Assembly (NCBI GenBank): GCA_965261345.1
Contig: OZ253449.1
Coordinates: 544,001-608,000 of the forward strand
Source of the DNA: Chloroflexota bacterium
Lineage (GTDB): Bacteria; Chloroflexota; UBA11872; VXNJ01
Reading direction: 5' to 3'
DNA: 64,000 nucleotides
Shown: piece by piece, positions 1 to 9,923 of the stretch
Numbering within the stretch: the first letter of the stretch is position 1
Layout of the letters: every line of letters starts with the position of its first letter
The notes under the pieces: model-generated
Seen by the model: the letters and a program-made list of their open reading frames with translations, nothing else
Database searches by the model: none
Told to the model about the DNA's origin: nothing
Translations under genes and position numbers: made by a program

Positions 1-291
1 CCTGATTTCTTCTGGATTGCGGCTGGCCGGCGTGGGTCCCCAGAAGACGCAAAACGCCGATCCCGGCGGCCAATATGCAAGTTCCCCGGAGAAGACAATC
101 TCGCGGTCGAATTTCGACGGGGCGATCGCCAGTGGTAGGCTCGCGTAGATCTCTTTCCCCCAACGATTGATAGACCCTTCCAGGGGGAGCGCGGCAAATA
201 GCTCGTTGGCGGCCGGCGAATCGTTTAGTTCGGCGTTGAGCGAAAGATCGCCCAGGGTCAATTTAATAATTCGCCCCGGTGCGGGAACCAC
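1..291 (-). CDS. Cyclophilin-like fold protein (DUF369/TM1367-like), 3' end runs off the window
   Basis: Manual translation from GTG at 291: MVPAPGRIIKLTLGDLSLNAELNDSPAANELFAALPLEGSINRWGKEIY...GELAYWPPGSAFCVFWGPTPAS. The NRWG.EIY and LAYWPPG.AFC.F.GPTP motifs are typical of this family. Not in the ORF track. Confidence 0.8.
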   Translation of the reverse strand, partial: MVPAPGRIIKLTLGDLSLNAELNDSPAANELFAALPLEGSINRWGKEIYASLPLAIAPSKFDREIVFSGELAYWPPGSAFCVFWGPTPASRNPEEIR

Positions 292-295
292 CGCG

Positions 296-1090
296 TTAGC
301 CGTCCTCGGCAATGATCTGGGTGCCCGATCCTGGGCGACCCGCCAGAACCGCTTCGACCGCTCCGGGGCGAGCACCATCTACGATGTGGACCGAGCCCAC
401 CGCGTCGAGGAGATCAAGGGCCGCCACCAGCTTGGGAATCATCCCGCCGGATATTGCCCCATCGTCGACCAGTCGCCTTGCAACATCGGGCGTAACGCGT
501 TCGACTAATGCGCCGGAACGGTCCAGCACTCCGGGCACATTGGAGGCCAGCACCAGTGCCGCGGCTCCAAGTTCCCGGGCCAGGCGGCCGGCCACAGTAT
601 CGGCGTTTACGTTGTAGATCTGGCCGTTGGCATCCAATCCCAAGGGGGCCACAACCGGAGTGATCTCGGCATCGAGGAGCAAGTTGATGGCGGTCGGGTT
701 GACCGCGACGATCTGGCCCACCCAACCCAAACGCCCAGCCTGCTCGGGTTCGACCGTAATCAACTGGCCATCAATTCCGCAGATACCAACCGCCAGCACT
801 CGGGCCCGGCTCAGCTCGGCTACGATCTGCTTGTTTACGGTTCCGGCAAAGACCTCAACTGCGGCGGACCGCACCGCGTCGTCGGTGTAGCGCAGACCGC
901 CAACGAAACGCGACTCGACGCCGTTTGCAGACAGGTTGGCGCTCAGCGCCCGGCCGCCCCCGTGCACGATCAGCACTCGGTGGCCGCAATCGCGCAGGCG
1001 CCCCACCTGGCGACACAGGTCGGGCAGGTCCAGTTCGTCGCCACCGCCGATTTTTAGAACCGTGGGTGGGCGGCTAGGAGAACGCCGCAA
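296..1090 (-). CDS. argB: Acetylglutamate kinase
   Basis: VLKIGG, VHGGG, GLRYTD, NVNADT and GGMIPKL motifs; arg cluster context. Confidence 0.95.
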   Translation of the reverse strand: MRRSPSRPPTVLKIGGGDELDLPDLCRQVGRLRDCGHRVLIVHGGGRALSANLSANGVESRFVGGLRYTDDAVRSAAVEVFAGTVNKQIVAELSRARVLAVGICGIDGQLITVEPEQAGRLGWVGQIVAVNPTAINLLLDAEITPVVAPLGLDANGQIYNVNADTVAGRLARELGAAALVLASNVPGVLDRSGALVERVTPDVARRLVDDGAISGGMIPKLVAALDLLDAVGSVHIVDGARPGAVEAVLAGRPGSGTQIIAEDG

Positions 1091-1102
1091 AACCGGGTCG
1101 CC

Positions 1103-2287
1103 TCAGGTCGTGTACTCGGAGTTAAAGATCACGTACTCCGAGCTCAGTTCGCAACCCACTGCCCGGGCCGTGTGCGGGCCCGAATGCAAATTCAGGGTGA
1201 TGACCGATCGCGGCTTGGCCATTTCAGCCGAGGCTGCGGACGCGTCAAATGCGATCGGCGACCCCGATCGCATCATCTGGACCGGGCCGATGAACATGTC
1301 CATCCGATCGGGATCGAACATCGCGCCGGAATATCCGGCCGCGCACAGGCAGCGGCCGAAGTTCGAGTCGGCGCCGTGTACCGCAGTCTTTACCAGCATC
1401 GAGGCGGAAATCGCGCGCGCCGTCAATCGGGCGTCGCCCACGCTTGAGGCACCAACCACCGAGACTTCGAAGACGCGGTTTACGCCCTCGCCGCCGGCCA
1501 CTATGGCGGCCGCCATTTCCCAGGCCAGCTTTTGATAGGCATCCGCAAACGCCGCCCAGTCGGCGTCGCCGGGCGCCAGGTCGATCCCGCTGGCGCCGGA
1601 GGCCAGGGTCAAGAGCGAATCGTTAGTCGATGAATCGCCGTCGATGCTGATCATGTTGAAGGTGGAATCAGCGACCGCAGCGGTGAGCGCGTGCAGGTCG
1701 GATGCGGCGACCCGGGCATCGGTGGTTACGAACGCGAGCATCGTGGCCATGTTGGGATGAATCATTCCCGCACCCTTGCACATGGCCCCAAGGGTTACCA
1801 GCCCTCGGGCGGTGGTCACCTGGCAACTGGCGAACTTGGGTCCCTGATCGGTCGTAAGGATTGCGGTGGCAGCGTCCGGCCCGCCGTCCCGGGAAAGCAC
1901 GATCCGCTCGATGCCGGCGGCGATCTTGGGCATCGGCAGTTGCACACCGATGATCCCGGTCGAGCAACAGAGGACTTCGTGGGAATCTATTCCAAGCCGC
2001 CCGGCGGCCAGGCGCGCCACCTCCATCGTGTTGTCAAAACCCTGCGCCCCGGTGGCGGCGTTGGCGATTCCCGAATTGGTAACGATCGCGCGCGCCCGGC
2101 CGCGGCCTACCACCGCCCGGTTGTAGCGCACGCTCGGGGCCGCGAAGCGATTCTTGGTAAACACCCCGGCAACCGTGCACGCAGAGTCGGCGGCGACGAT
2201 CGCCAGGTCAGGGGCTCCGGACGGCTTGATGCCGCAGCAGTAGCCCCCGGCGGTAAATCCCTGTGGCGTACAAATGCCCTGGCTCAT
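1103..2287 (-). CDS. argJ: Ornithine acetyltransferase / N-acetylglutamate synthase
   Basis: NSGIANAATG, STGIIG, KGAGMIHPNMATML (autoproteolysis site), DGDSSTND, C-terminal NSEYTT. Confidence 0.97.
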   Translation of the reverse strand: MSQGICTPQGFTAGGYCCGIKPSGAPDLAIVAADSACTVAGVFTKNRFAAPSVRYNRAVVGRGRARAIVTNSGIANAATGAQGFDNTMEVARLAAGRLGIDSHEVLCCSTGIIGVQLPMPKIAAGIERIVLSRDGGPDAATAILTTDQGPKFASCQVTTARGLVTLGAMCKGAGMIHPNMATMLAFVTTDARVAASDLHALTAAVADSTFNMISIDGDSSTNDSLLTLASGASGIDLAPGDADWAAFADAYQKLAWEMAAAIVAGGEGVNRVFEVSVVGASSVGDARLTARAISASMLVKTAVHGADSNFGRCLCAAGYSGAMFDPDRMDMFIGPVQMMRSGSPIAFDASAASAEMAKPRSVITLNLHSGPHTARAVGCELSSEYVIFNSEYTT

Positions 2288-2315
2288 TGGTTATTGCCCT
2301 CCAACGGCGATCACA

Positions 2316-3353
2316 CTATGGATAGGAAGGGGCCTGAGAAAGGCCGCTGCGTTCATCGATCCCCAGCATCAGGTTGGCATTTTGCAGCGCCTGCCCCGCC
2401 GCCCCTTTTATCAGGTTGTCGATTGCCCCAAACATGAGCAACCCGCGCCGATTGGCACTTACCCGCGCGTGCACCGCGCAGTAATTTGAACCGGTCACCC
2501 ATTTGGTGCGCGGTGGCTGGTCCAGCACGATCGTAAACGGGCAGTCAGAAAAAAAGTCCGCGTAAATGCGCTCGACCTGACCCTGTTCGATCGGACGCCG
2601 CAGGCGGGCGTAGCCGGTCGAGAGGATGCCACGGATCATCGGGGTCAGATGCGGGACAAAGGTAACGTCCACCGCCTGCCGGGCCACCAGCGACAGCTCC
2701 TGGACCATTTCCGCCACATGGCGGTGTCCGTCGACCCCGTAGGCGTGGATGCTCTCGGCAACCTCCGAATAATGGCTGTCAACCTTGAGCGCGCGCCCGG
2801 CGCCCGAGACACCCGATTTAGCGTCGACGATCAGATCGGGCTCTATCAGCTCGGCCGCCAACGCCGGGGCCGCCGCCAGGATCGCCGCGGTGGGGTAGCA
2901 GCCGGGGTTGCCGACCAATCGCGACGCACCGATCTCGGCCCGGTGCAATTCCGGCAGGCCGTAGACCGCCGCCGGCAGCAGGTCGGGTCGGGGGTGGGCG
3001 GCGCCGTAGTAGTGCTCGTAAACGGAGGGGTCGGCCAGGCGCAGATCAGCGCTCACGTCGACTACCGCCACGCCGGCCTCAACGAACGGGCAGAGGGCCT
3101 CTACCGAGGCCTGGTGCGGAAGGCAGGAGAAAACGACGTCGGTTGCGGTCGAAGCTCTCTCCGTTAGGACCTTTTCAGCGACCGAACCGTCACCGAACGT
3201 TGCCGCCTGTGGAAAAACCTGGCCCATCCGCCGGCCGGCCTGGCTGCGCGCGGTAAGCGCAACTAGCTCCAGCCCGGGGTGAGCGCTTATCAAGCGGGTG
3301 AGCTCCAGCCCAAAGTAGGAGGTGGCGTTAATTACGGTGGCCCGCATCGGCAT
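2316..3353 (-). CDS. argC: N-acetyl-gamma-glutamyl-phosphate reductase
   Basis: SADLRL, YGLPEL, NPGCYPT, SGVSGAGR, HRHVAEM, IDNLIKGAAGQALQN. Confidence 0.97.
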   Translation of the reverse strand: MPMRATVINATSYFGLELTRLISAHPGLELVALTARSQAGRRMGQVFPQAATFGDGSVAEKVLTERASTATDVVFSCLPHQASVEALCPFVEAGVAVVDVSADLRLADPSVYEHYYGAAHPRPDLLPAAVYGLPELHRAEIGASRLVGNPGCYPTAAILAAAPALAAELIEPDLIVDAKSGVSGAGRALKVDSHYSEVAESIHAYGVDGHRHVAEMVQELSLVARQAVDVTFVPHLTPMIRGILSTGYARLRRPIEQGQVERIYADFFSDCPFTIVLDQPPRTKWVTGSNYCAVHARVSANRRGLLMFGAIDNLIKGAAGQALQNANLMLGIDERSGLSQAPSYP

Positions 3354-3499
3354 TCTGGTGGGGGTGTGGGAAGACTCGACATTCGCGCAATCGAAAGTCT
3401 ATTGCTCGCGGCCCAACTGGCGGCCAGGCAATCCCCAACTAGAATCCCTTTCGGCCAACCGGCCGAGGCACAAAAACTGGACTGCTACGGGCCCTGGCT

Positions 3500-4675
3500 A
3501 TGCAATGGCAAGCACTCGCCGATGATCTTTACGCGCAATGTTTTGCGCGCTTCCCACTCACCCTGGTGCGCGGGCAAGGCACCCGGGTCTGGGACGATAA
3601 GGGCCGTTCATATCTCGATTTCGTGGCCGGGATCGCGGTCTGCAGCCTCGGACACGCCAACCCGGCAATCGCCGACGCGGTTGCCGCGCAGGCCCGCGAA
3701 CTGGTTACCGTTTCGAGCCTCTACTACACCATCCCGCAGATTGAACTGGCCAGCTTGCTGCTCGACCAGTCGCCCTTTGACCGCGTCTTTTTCACCAACA
3801 GTGGCGCCGAATCAACTGAGACCGCGGTCAAAGCGGCCCGCAAATTCGGGATGGCCAACCGGTCGGGCGCCTACCACGTCATTTCAACCAACCGCAGTTT
3901 TCACGGGCGAACCCTGGCAATGACCGCTGCCACCGGCACCGCCGCCTACCAGACGCCATTCGGTCCGATGCCCGACGGCTTCGCACAGGTTCAGTTCAAC
4001 GACCTGGATGCGATGGCCGACGCCATCACCGACCAGACCTGTGCCATCATGGTCGAACCGGTCCAGGCCGAGGGCGGGGTGTGGCCGGCCGACTCCGGCT
4101 ACCTTGAGGGCCTGCGGGCGCTGTGCGATCAACACGGGCTCCTGCTCATCTTTGATGAAGTCCAAACCGGCATCGGACGCCTCGGTCATGTTTATGGATT
4201 CGCCCACTGGGGCGTGGAACCCGACCTGATCTGCCTAGCCAAAGGGTTGGGCGGCGGATTTCCACTCGGCGCGGTGCTCTTTAAGGAGCACGCCCAGACC
4301 CTGCGCCCCGGGGACCATGGCAACACCTTCGCCGGATCGCCGGTCATGTGCGCGGCCGGCAAAGTGGTAATGGAAGCGGTCCTGTCCGAAGGTTTTCTCG
4401 AAGCCGTAAGGGCCCGCGGCGATCAGATCGCCGCAGCGCTTAGCGCGCTCAAGGACACCGGCAAAGTCATTGACGTGCGCGGGGTGGGGCTCCTCCAGGG
4501 ATTTGAGTTGGAATCGCCCGAACTGGCCGATCACGTCGTGGCCTACGCCCGCGCCAACGGCTTGATCGTCGTCAAGGTCGCCGCCGCGGCCATCCGGATG
4601 GTGCCACCGCTTACCGTGAGCACCGACGAAGTTGACGAGGCGTTGGCAATCGTGGCCGACGCCATCGGGGCCTGA
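3500..4675 (+). CDS. argD: Acetylornithine aminotransferase
   Basis: NSGAE, SFHGRT, DEVQTGIGR and PLP lysine AKGLGGG; arg cluster context. Confidence 0.93.
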   Translation: MQWQALADDLYAQCFARFPLTLVRGQGTRVWDDKGRSYLDFVAGIAVCSLGHANPAIADAVAAQARELVTVSSLYYTIPQIELASLLLDQSPFDRVFFTNSGAESTETAVKAARKFGMANRSGAYHVISTNRSFHGRTLAMTAATGTAAYQTPFGPMPDGFAQVQFNDLDAMADAITDQTCAIMVEPVQAEGGVWPADSGYLEGLRALCDQHGLLLIFDEVQTGIGRLGHVYGFAHWGVEPDLICLAKGLGGGFPLGAVLFKEHAQTLRPGDHGNTFAGSPVMCAAGKVVMEAVLSEGFLEAVRARGDQIAAALSALKDTGKVIDVRGVGLLQGFELESPELADHVVAYARANGLIVVKVAAAAIRMVPPLTVSTDEVDEALAIVADAIGA

Positions 4676-4707
4676 CCACCCGCAGCGAGATTGCGGCTCA
4701 ACAGACC

Positions 4708-5934
4708 ATGGACAAGGTTGTACTGGCTTATTCGGGGGGACTCGACACCTCGGTGGCCATTCCCTGGATAAAGGAAAACTACGGACTAGAGGTAATAGCC
4801 CTGACGATCGACCTGGGTCAGGGCCGCGAGCTCGAAGGGGTACGCGAACGGGCCCTGTTCAACGGCGCCGCCGATGCCCTGGTCGAGGACGCGCGGGCGC
4901 TGTTCGTTGATCGCTTCGTTTTTCCTTCCCTGCAGGCGGGCGCCAAATACGAGGATGCCTATTACCTAGCCACCGCGTTGGGTCGGCCGCTGATAGCCTG
5001 GCTGCTGGTGGAAACCGCGCGCGAACTGGGGGCGGTTGCGGTGGCCCACGGATCGACCGGCAAGGGCAACGACCAGGTGCGTTTCGACGTCTCCGTACGA
5101 ACGCTTGATCCGAATCTGAGGATCATTGCCCCGATCCGCGAATGGAGCCTCAACCGCGAACAGGAGATTGAGTACGCAAACCGCCTGGGCCTGCAAATTC
5201 CGTTGACCCGGGAGAGCCCCTACTCGACCGATGAGAACCTATGGGGCCGGAGCATCGAGGCGGGGGTCTTAGAAGACGCCTGGGCCGAACCGCCAGACAA
5301 TGTTTGGCTCTGGACGGTTGCCCCGGGCGATGCGCCGGACCGGCCCGAATATCTCGAAATCGGATTCGAGGCCGGACTGCCGACGGCGCTCAACGGTGAG
5401 CCGATGGGGGGTGTTCAACTGATTTCACGGCTGCAGGACATTGGTGGGCGGCACGGCATCGGCCGGGCCGATCACATCGAGAATCGGCTGATCGGGATCA
5501 AATCGCGCGAGGTGTACGAGATGCCGGCGGCCGAGATCCTCCACCGCGCCCACTATGCAATGGAAACGATGACGCTCTCGCGCGAACAAATGCGATTCAA
5601 GGTTCAGGTGGCCAGTGAATACGCCCGCCTGGTCTACGATGGCCTGTGGTTTTCCGGCCTGCACCGCGACCTGGCCGCCTACTTGAAACAGAATCAGGTC
5701 CAGGTCTCAGGGACGGTCCGGATGCGTCTCTACAAGGGGCGCGCCGAGGTGGTCGGCCGGTCATCTGAGCACGCGCTCTATCGACCCGAGCTGGCGACCT
5801 ACGGAGCCGACGACACTTTCGATCACGAAGCCGCGGTCGGGTTTATCAAGTTGCACGGGATGGGCCAGCAAACCCAGGCGCGGCTGCAGCTCGGCGCCGG
5901 CGGCGATAAATTGCTGCCGCCCGGTGGCAGCTAG
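4708..5934 (+). CDS. argG: Argininosuccinate synthase
   Basis: LAYSGGLDTS, HGSTGKGNDQVRF, YSTDENLWGRSIE, GIKSREVYE. Confidence 0.98.
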   Translation: MDKVVLAYSGGLDTSVAIPWIKENYGLEVIALTIDLGQGRELEGVRERALFNGAADALVEDARALFVDRFVFPSLQAGAKYEDAYYLATALGRPLIAWLLVETARELGAVAVAHGSTGKGNDQVRFDVSVRTLDPNLRIIAPIREWSLNREQEIEYANRLGLQIPLTRESPYSTDENLWGRSIEAGVLEDAWAEPPDNVWLWTVAPGDAPDRPEYLEIGFEAGLPTALNGEPMGGVQLISRLQDIGGRHGIGRADHIENRLIGIKSREVYEMPAAEILHRAHYAMETMTLSREQMRFKVQVASEYARLVYDGLWFSGLHRDLAAYLKQNQVQVSGTVRMRLYKGRAEVVGRSSEHALYRPELATYGADDTFDHEAAVGFIKLHGMGQQTQARLQLGAGGDKLLPPGGS

Positions 5935-6009
5935 GAATTTGCCCCGCCGGGCGGGCGGCGGAGGACGAAGCAGCGCGGCAGCCCCGCAAACCGTCACTGG
6001 GGGCCCAGA

Positions 6010-7428
6010 TTGACTCTCTGGGCCGGGCGCCTTGGTGCCGGTGGTGGTGGAGCGGCGATCGGCTTTACCGGTTCCCTGGCCCGCGACCAACGATTCTGGC
6101 GCGAGGAATTGGCGGTGGCCGACGCCCACGTCGAAATGCTCTCGGCCTGCGCCATCATCCCGTCCGAACAGGCTGGCGCCATCCGCGCCGGGCTCGCCGA
6201 CCTAGGTCGGCAGTTCGCTGACGCGGGAGTTCCACTCGACGGCGGCGACGAAGATATCCACTCGTTGGTCGAACGCCTCCTGCACGAATCAATTGGGGCG
6301 GCGTCCGGTCATCTCCGCACCGCGCGTTCCCGCAATGATCAGGTTGCCACCGCTTTTAGGCTCTACGTCCGGGCCGCCACGGTGCGGGTTTGGCTGGCCA
6401 GCCTTGACCTATTCGACACGATCGTCGACCGGGCCGGGCAACAAAATTTGGCAATCGCCCCAGGCATGACCCATCTCCAGGTTGGCCAACCGATATTGCT
6501 CGCCCACCATCTGCTGGCCCACGCGCAGGCGATTAAGCGCACCTGCCTCCGCTGCCCGGTCGCGATTGAGGCGGCTTCCGAATTGCCGCTGGGGGCCGGC
6601 GCCCTAGCCGGCACTACGTTTCCGATCGACCCTCAATTGGTAGCTTCCCGGCTGGGTTTTGCAAGGGTGACCGCCAACAGTATCGATGCGGTCGCAAACC
6701 GTGATTTCGTAGTCGATTTCCTGCAAGTAACCGCCCAGTTGGCGGTGAACCTTTCACGCATGGCCGAGGAAATCGTCATATGGGCCTCGCAGCCGTATTC
6801 GGCGGTCGCCCTACCCGCCGCCTGGTCGACCGGATCGAGCATCATGCCGCAGAAGAAGAATCCCGACGTGGCCGAATTGGTGCGCGGCCGGGCCGGCGCG
6901 GCAATCGGTCGCGTCGCCGGATTCCTGGCGACCGTAAAGTCGCTTCCGCTGGCCTACAACTTGGACCTGCAGGAAGACAAACAGGTGGTGTTCGCGGCCG
7001 AGGACGATGCCCTGGCCAGCCTACGCGCGCTGGACGGATTGCTGGCCAGCCTGCACTTTGACCAGCAGCGCCTGCGGGAAATTGCGGCGATGGGGTCATC
7101 GGCAGCCACCGATCTGGCCGACTACCTGGTCACCCGCGGGCTCCCTTTTAGCCAGGCACATGCCAAGGTCGCCGGATTGGTGGCCGAACTGGAGCGGACC
7201 GGAGGCGACCTGAGCAAAGTTGGCCTGGCCCAGCTGCAGGCCCACAGCGAGCTTTTCGCCGCCGATGCGCTCGACCGTATGGACCCAACCTGGTCGGTGA
7301 ACGCCCGCGTGTCACCCGGCGGCACCGCGCCGGTCCAGGTTCTTGCACAGATCCAGGACGCTGCGGACTGGTCGGCTAGCGAACGGGTCCGAGCGACCGC
7401 GGCCACGCCGGGTTTCCTGCCCAAGTGA
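6010..7428 (+). CDS. argH: Argininosuccinate lyase
   Basis: EDIH, RSRNDQVAT, TGSSIMPQKKNPD, YNLDLQEDK. Confidence 0.97.
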   Translation: MTLWAGRLGAGGGGAAIGFTGSLARDQRFWREELAVADAHVEMLSACAIIPSEQAGAIRAGLADLGRQFADAGVPLDGGDEDIHSLVERLLHESIGAASGHLRTARSRNDQVATAFRLYVRAATVRVWLASLDLFDTIVDRAGQQNLAIAPGMTHLQVGQPILLAHHLLAHAQAIKRTCLRCPVAIEAASELPLGAGALAGTTFPIDPQLVASRLGFARVTANSIDAVANRDFVVDFLQVTAQLAVNLSRMAEEIVIWASQPYSAVALPAAWSTGSSIMPQKKNPDVAELVRGRAGAAIGRVAGFLATVKSLPLAYNLDLQEDKQVVFAAEDDALASLRALDGLLASLHFDQQRLREIAAMGSSAATDLADYLVTRGLPFSQAHAKVAGLVAELERTGGDLSKVGLAQLQAHSELFAADALDRMDPTWSVNARVSPGGTAPVQVLAQIQDAADWSASERVRATAATPGFLPK

Positions 7429-7555
7429 GGCGGCGGCGATGCGTGCTGGCCGGCGGTTATCCCCACCCAAATAGAATTCACCCCGACTTTTTTCAGCACC
7501 GTCGGCGCCGACAGGCGGCGGCCCACCTATCAATTCAAAGGGAGCCTTGCGCTCA

Positions 7556-9853
7556 ATGACTCAAAGCATGAGTTTGGGTTTTCCCCGCATCGGACCCAAG
7601 CGTGAATTAAAGCGCGCCGTGGAACGCTACTGGCGCGGCCGCAACGACCAACCGACACTGCTGGCCGCCGCCGCCAATTTGCGCGAATACGCCTGGAAAC
7701 TGCAGGCCGATGCGGGTATCGACTTGATCCCCAGCAACGATTTCTCGCTCTACGACCAGGTCCTGGACACATCGATGATGGTCGGAGCGATTCCGGAGCG
7801 ATTCCGGGACCTGGGCCAGCTCTCGCCCCTGGACGTCTACTTTGCGATGGCCCGCGGCTATCAGGGTCCGCTGGGCGATGTGCAGGCCTGCGAATTGACC
7901 AAATGGTTTGACACCAACTACCACTATGTAGTCCCGGAGTTGAGCGCTGAGACCGAGTTTTGCCTGAACGCCCAAAAACCGCTCGCGGAGTTCGCGCAGG
8001 CCAGGGACCTGGGAATAGCAACCACGCCGGTCCTAATCGGGCCCCTTTCCTATCTGGCCCTCGGCAAGGTTCCGGGCGACCTTGACCGTTTGGACCTGCT
8101 GGATAGATTGCTGCCGGTCTACGAACAACTGCTCGGCCAGCTGCAAGCGGCCGGCGCCGACGCGGTCCAACTCCACGAACCGATCTTGGTCACCGATCTT
8201 GCCGCTGGCATGGCCGACGGCTTCCGGCGCGCCTATGCCCGGTTGGCCGAGGCCGGGATCGACATCATATTGGCCACCTACTTTGGTCCGCTCGCTGAAA
8301 ACCTCGAGCTGGCCGCCAATCTCCCGATCGCAGTGCTCCATCTTGATCTGGCACGTTCACCCGGGCAGCTGCCGGCGGCCGTTGCCGCAGCCAAGGGGTC
8401 ATCAGTCCAACTCTCATTGGGACTCGTCGACGGGCGCAACGTCTGGCGCGCCGATCTGGACGGCGCCTTGGAGTTGGCCCTGCAAGCCACAGTCGAGTTG
8501 GGCAGCCCTGATCGTCTGATCGTTGCCCCCTCGTGCTCGCTACAACACTGCCCGGTCGATCTGTCCCGGGAGATCGATCTGGACGACGAATTGCTACAGT
8601 GGCTAGCTTTTGCCAAGCAAAAGTTGTCCGAGGTCGTTGCCCTGGCCCGGGCCACCGGCGGCGACCGGGCCGGCGTGAGTGACCAGTTCGAAAGCTCGGC
8701 CCGGGCCAAAAAGGCCCACGCCCAATCAGATCGCATTCACGACCCACAGGTTGCCGAACGGCTCGCCAACCTGACCGCGGCGATGACCGAGCGCCATCTG
8801 CCCTATCCGCAACGCGCCGCCATTCAGTTCGAGCACCTCGGGCTGCGGCAGTTGCCAACGACCACGATCGGTTCCTTTCCTCAATCTGGACAGGTGCGCA
8901 GGCAGCGCCGCGCCTACCGCCGCGGGGAACAGGACCGGTCCCAATACGAAGATTTCTTGCGCTCGGAGATCGAGCGAACGATCCGCGCCCAGGAGGAATT
9001 GGGAATCGATGTCTTGGTGCACGGCGAGTTTGAGCGCACCGACATGGTCGAGTATTTTGGCGAACAGCTGAAAGGCATCGCGTTCACCGGCAACGGGTGG
9101 GTGCAAAGCTACGGAACCCGTTGCGTGCGCCCGCCGCTTATCTACGGCGACGTTTCGCGCCCCAAACCGATGACCGTTAGCTGGTCGGCCTTCGCCCAGT
9201 CGCTGACGAAGCGGCCGGTCAAGGGCATGCTGACCGCACCGGTAACGATCATGTTGTGGTCTTTCGTGCGCGACGACCAGCCGCGCGCCCAGACCTGCCG
9301 CCAGATCGCCCTGGCCCTGCGCGACGAGGTCGCCGACCTTGAGGCAGCCGGGATATCGGTGATCCAGCTGGATGAACCGGCGCTGCGCGAAGGGCTACCG
9401 CTGCGGCGATCCGAGCATGCCGACTACCTCAAATGGGCGGTTGAATGCTTCCGCTTGGCCGCCTCCGGGGTCAGCGACCGGACCCAGATCCACACCCACA
9501 TGTGCTATTCGGAATTTAACGACATCATCGGGGCAATCGCCGACCTCGACGCCGATGTGCTATCGATCGAGGCATCACGGTCCTCGATGGAATTGCTGGA
9601 ATCATTCGTCGACTTCGAATACCCCAATGAAATTGGGCCCGGGGTATACGACATTCACTCGCCGCGAATCCCGTCCACCGCCGAGATGGAGCAGCGGCTG
9701 CGATTGGCGCTCAAGCACGTCAAACCCGAAAAATTATGGGTAAATCCCGACTGCGGACTAAAGACCCGTCGTTGGGAAGAAGTCGGACCGGCGCTGCGAA
9801 ACATGGTCGAGGCCTCCGATCGGGTCCGTCAAGCTCAACTCACCGCGCAATAA
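7556..9853 (+). CDS. metE: Cobalamin-independent methionine synthase
   Basis: GFPRIG, KWFDTNYHY, TTTIGSFPQ, WVQSYG.RCV.PP, HTHMCYSEF, NPDCGLKTR; SD-like AAGGGAG upstream of ATG 7556. Confidence 0.98.
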   Translation: MTQSMSLGFPRIGPKRELKRAVERYWRGRNDQPTLLAAAANLREYAWKLQADAGIDLIPSNDFSLYDQVLDTSMMVGAIPERFRDLGQLSPLDVYFAMARGYQGPLGDVQACELTKWFDTNYHYVVPELSAETEFCLNAQKPLAEFAQARDLGIATTPVLIGPLSYLALGKVPGDLDRLDLLDRLLPVYEQLLGQLQAAGADAVQLHEPILVTDLAAGMADGFRRAYARLAEAGIDIILATYFGPLAENLELAANLPIAVLHLDLARSPGQLPAAVAAAKGSSVQLSLGLVDGRNVWRADLDGALELALQATVELGSPDRLIVAPSCSLQHCPVDLSREIDLDDELLQWLAFAKQKLSEVVALARATGGDRAGVSDQFESSARAKKAHAQSDRIHDPQVAERLANLTAAMTERHLPYPQRAAIQFEHLGLRQLPTTTIGSFPQSGQVRRQRRAYRRGEQDRSQYEDFLRSEIERTIRAQEELGIDVLVHGEFERTDMVEYFGEQLKGIAFTGNGWVQSYGTRCVRPPLIYGDVSRPKPMTVSWSAFAQSLTKRPVKGMLTAPVTIMLWSFVRDDQPRAQTCRQIALALRDEVADLEAAGISVIQLDEPALREGLPLRRSEHADYLKWAVECFRLAASGVSDRTQIHTHMCYSEFNDIIGAIADLDADVLSIEASRSSMELLESFVDFEYPNEIGPGVYDIHSPRIPSTAEMEQRLRLALKHVKPEKLWVNPDCGLKTRRWEEVGPALRNMVEASDRVRQAQLTAQ

Positions 9854-9923
9854 GGACCCCAAGTCCTGGCAAAGGACCCTGCGGCGGATATTCGCAAATA
9901 CGTGTAGGGCGATATCGCGCGGG

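Noticed and set aside
7429-7555. Possible SAM, SAH or cobalamin riboswitch upstream of metE
   Set aside because: Only short stems (GTGCTG/CAGCAC and the GTCGGCGCCGAC palindrome); no consensus motif of these riboswitches found.
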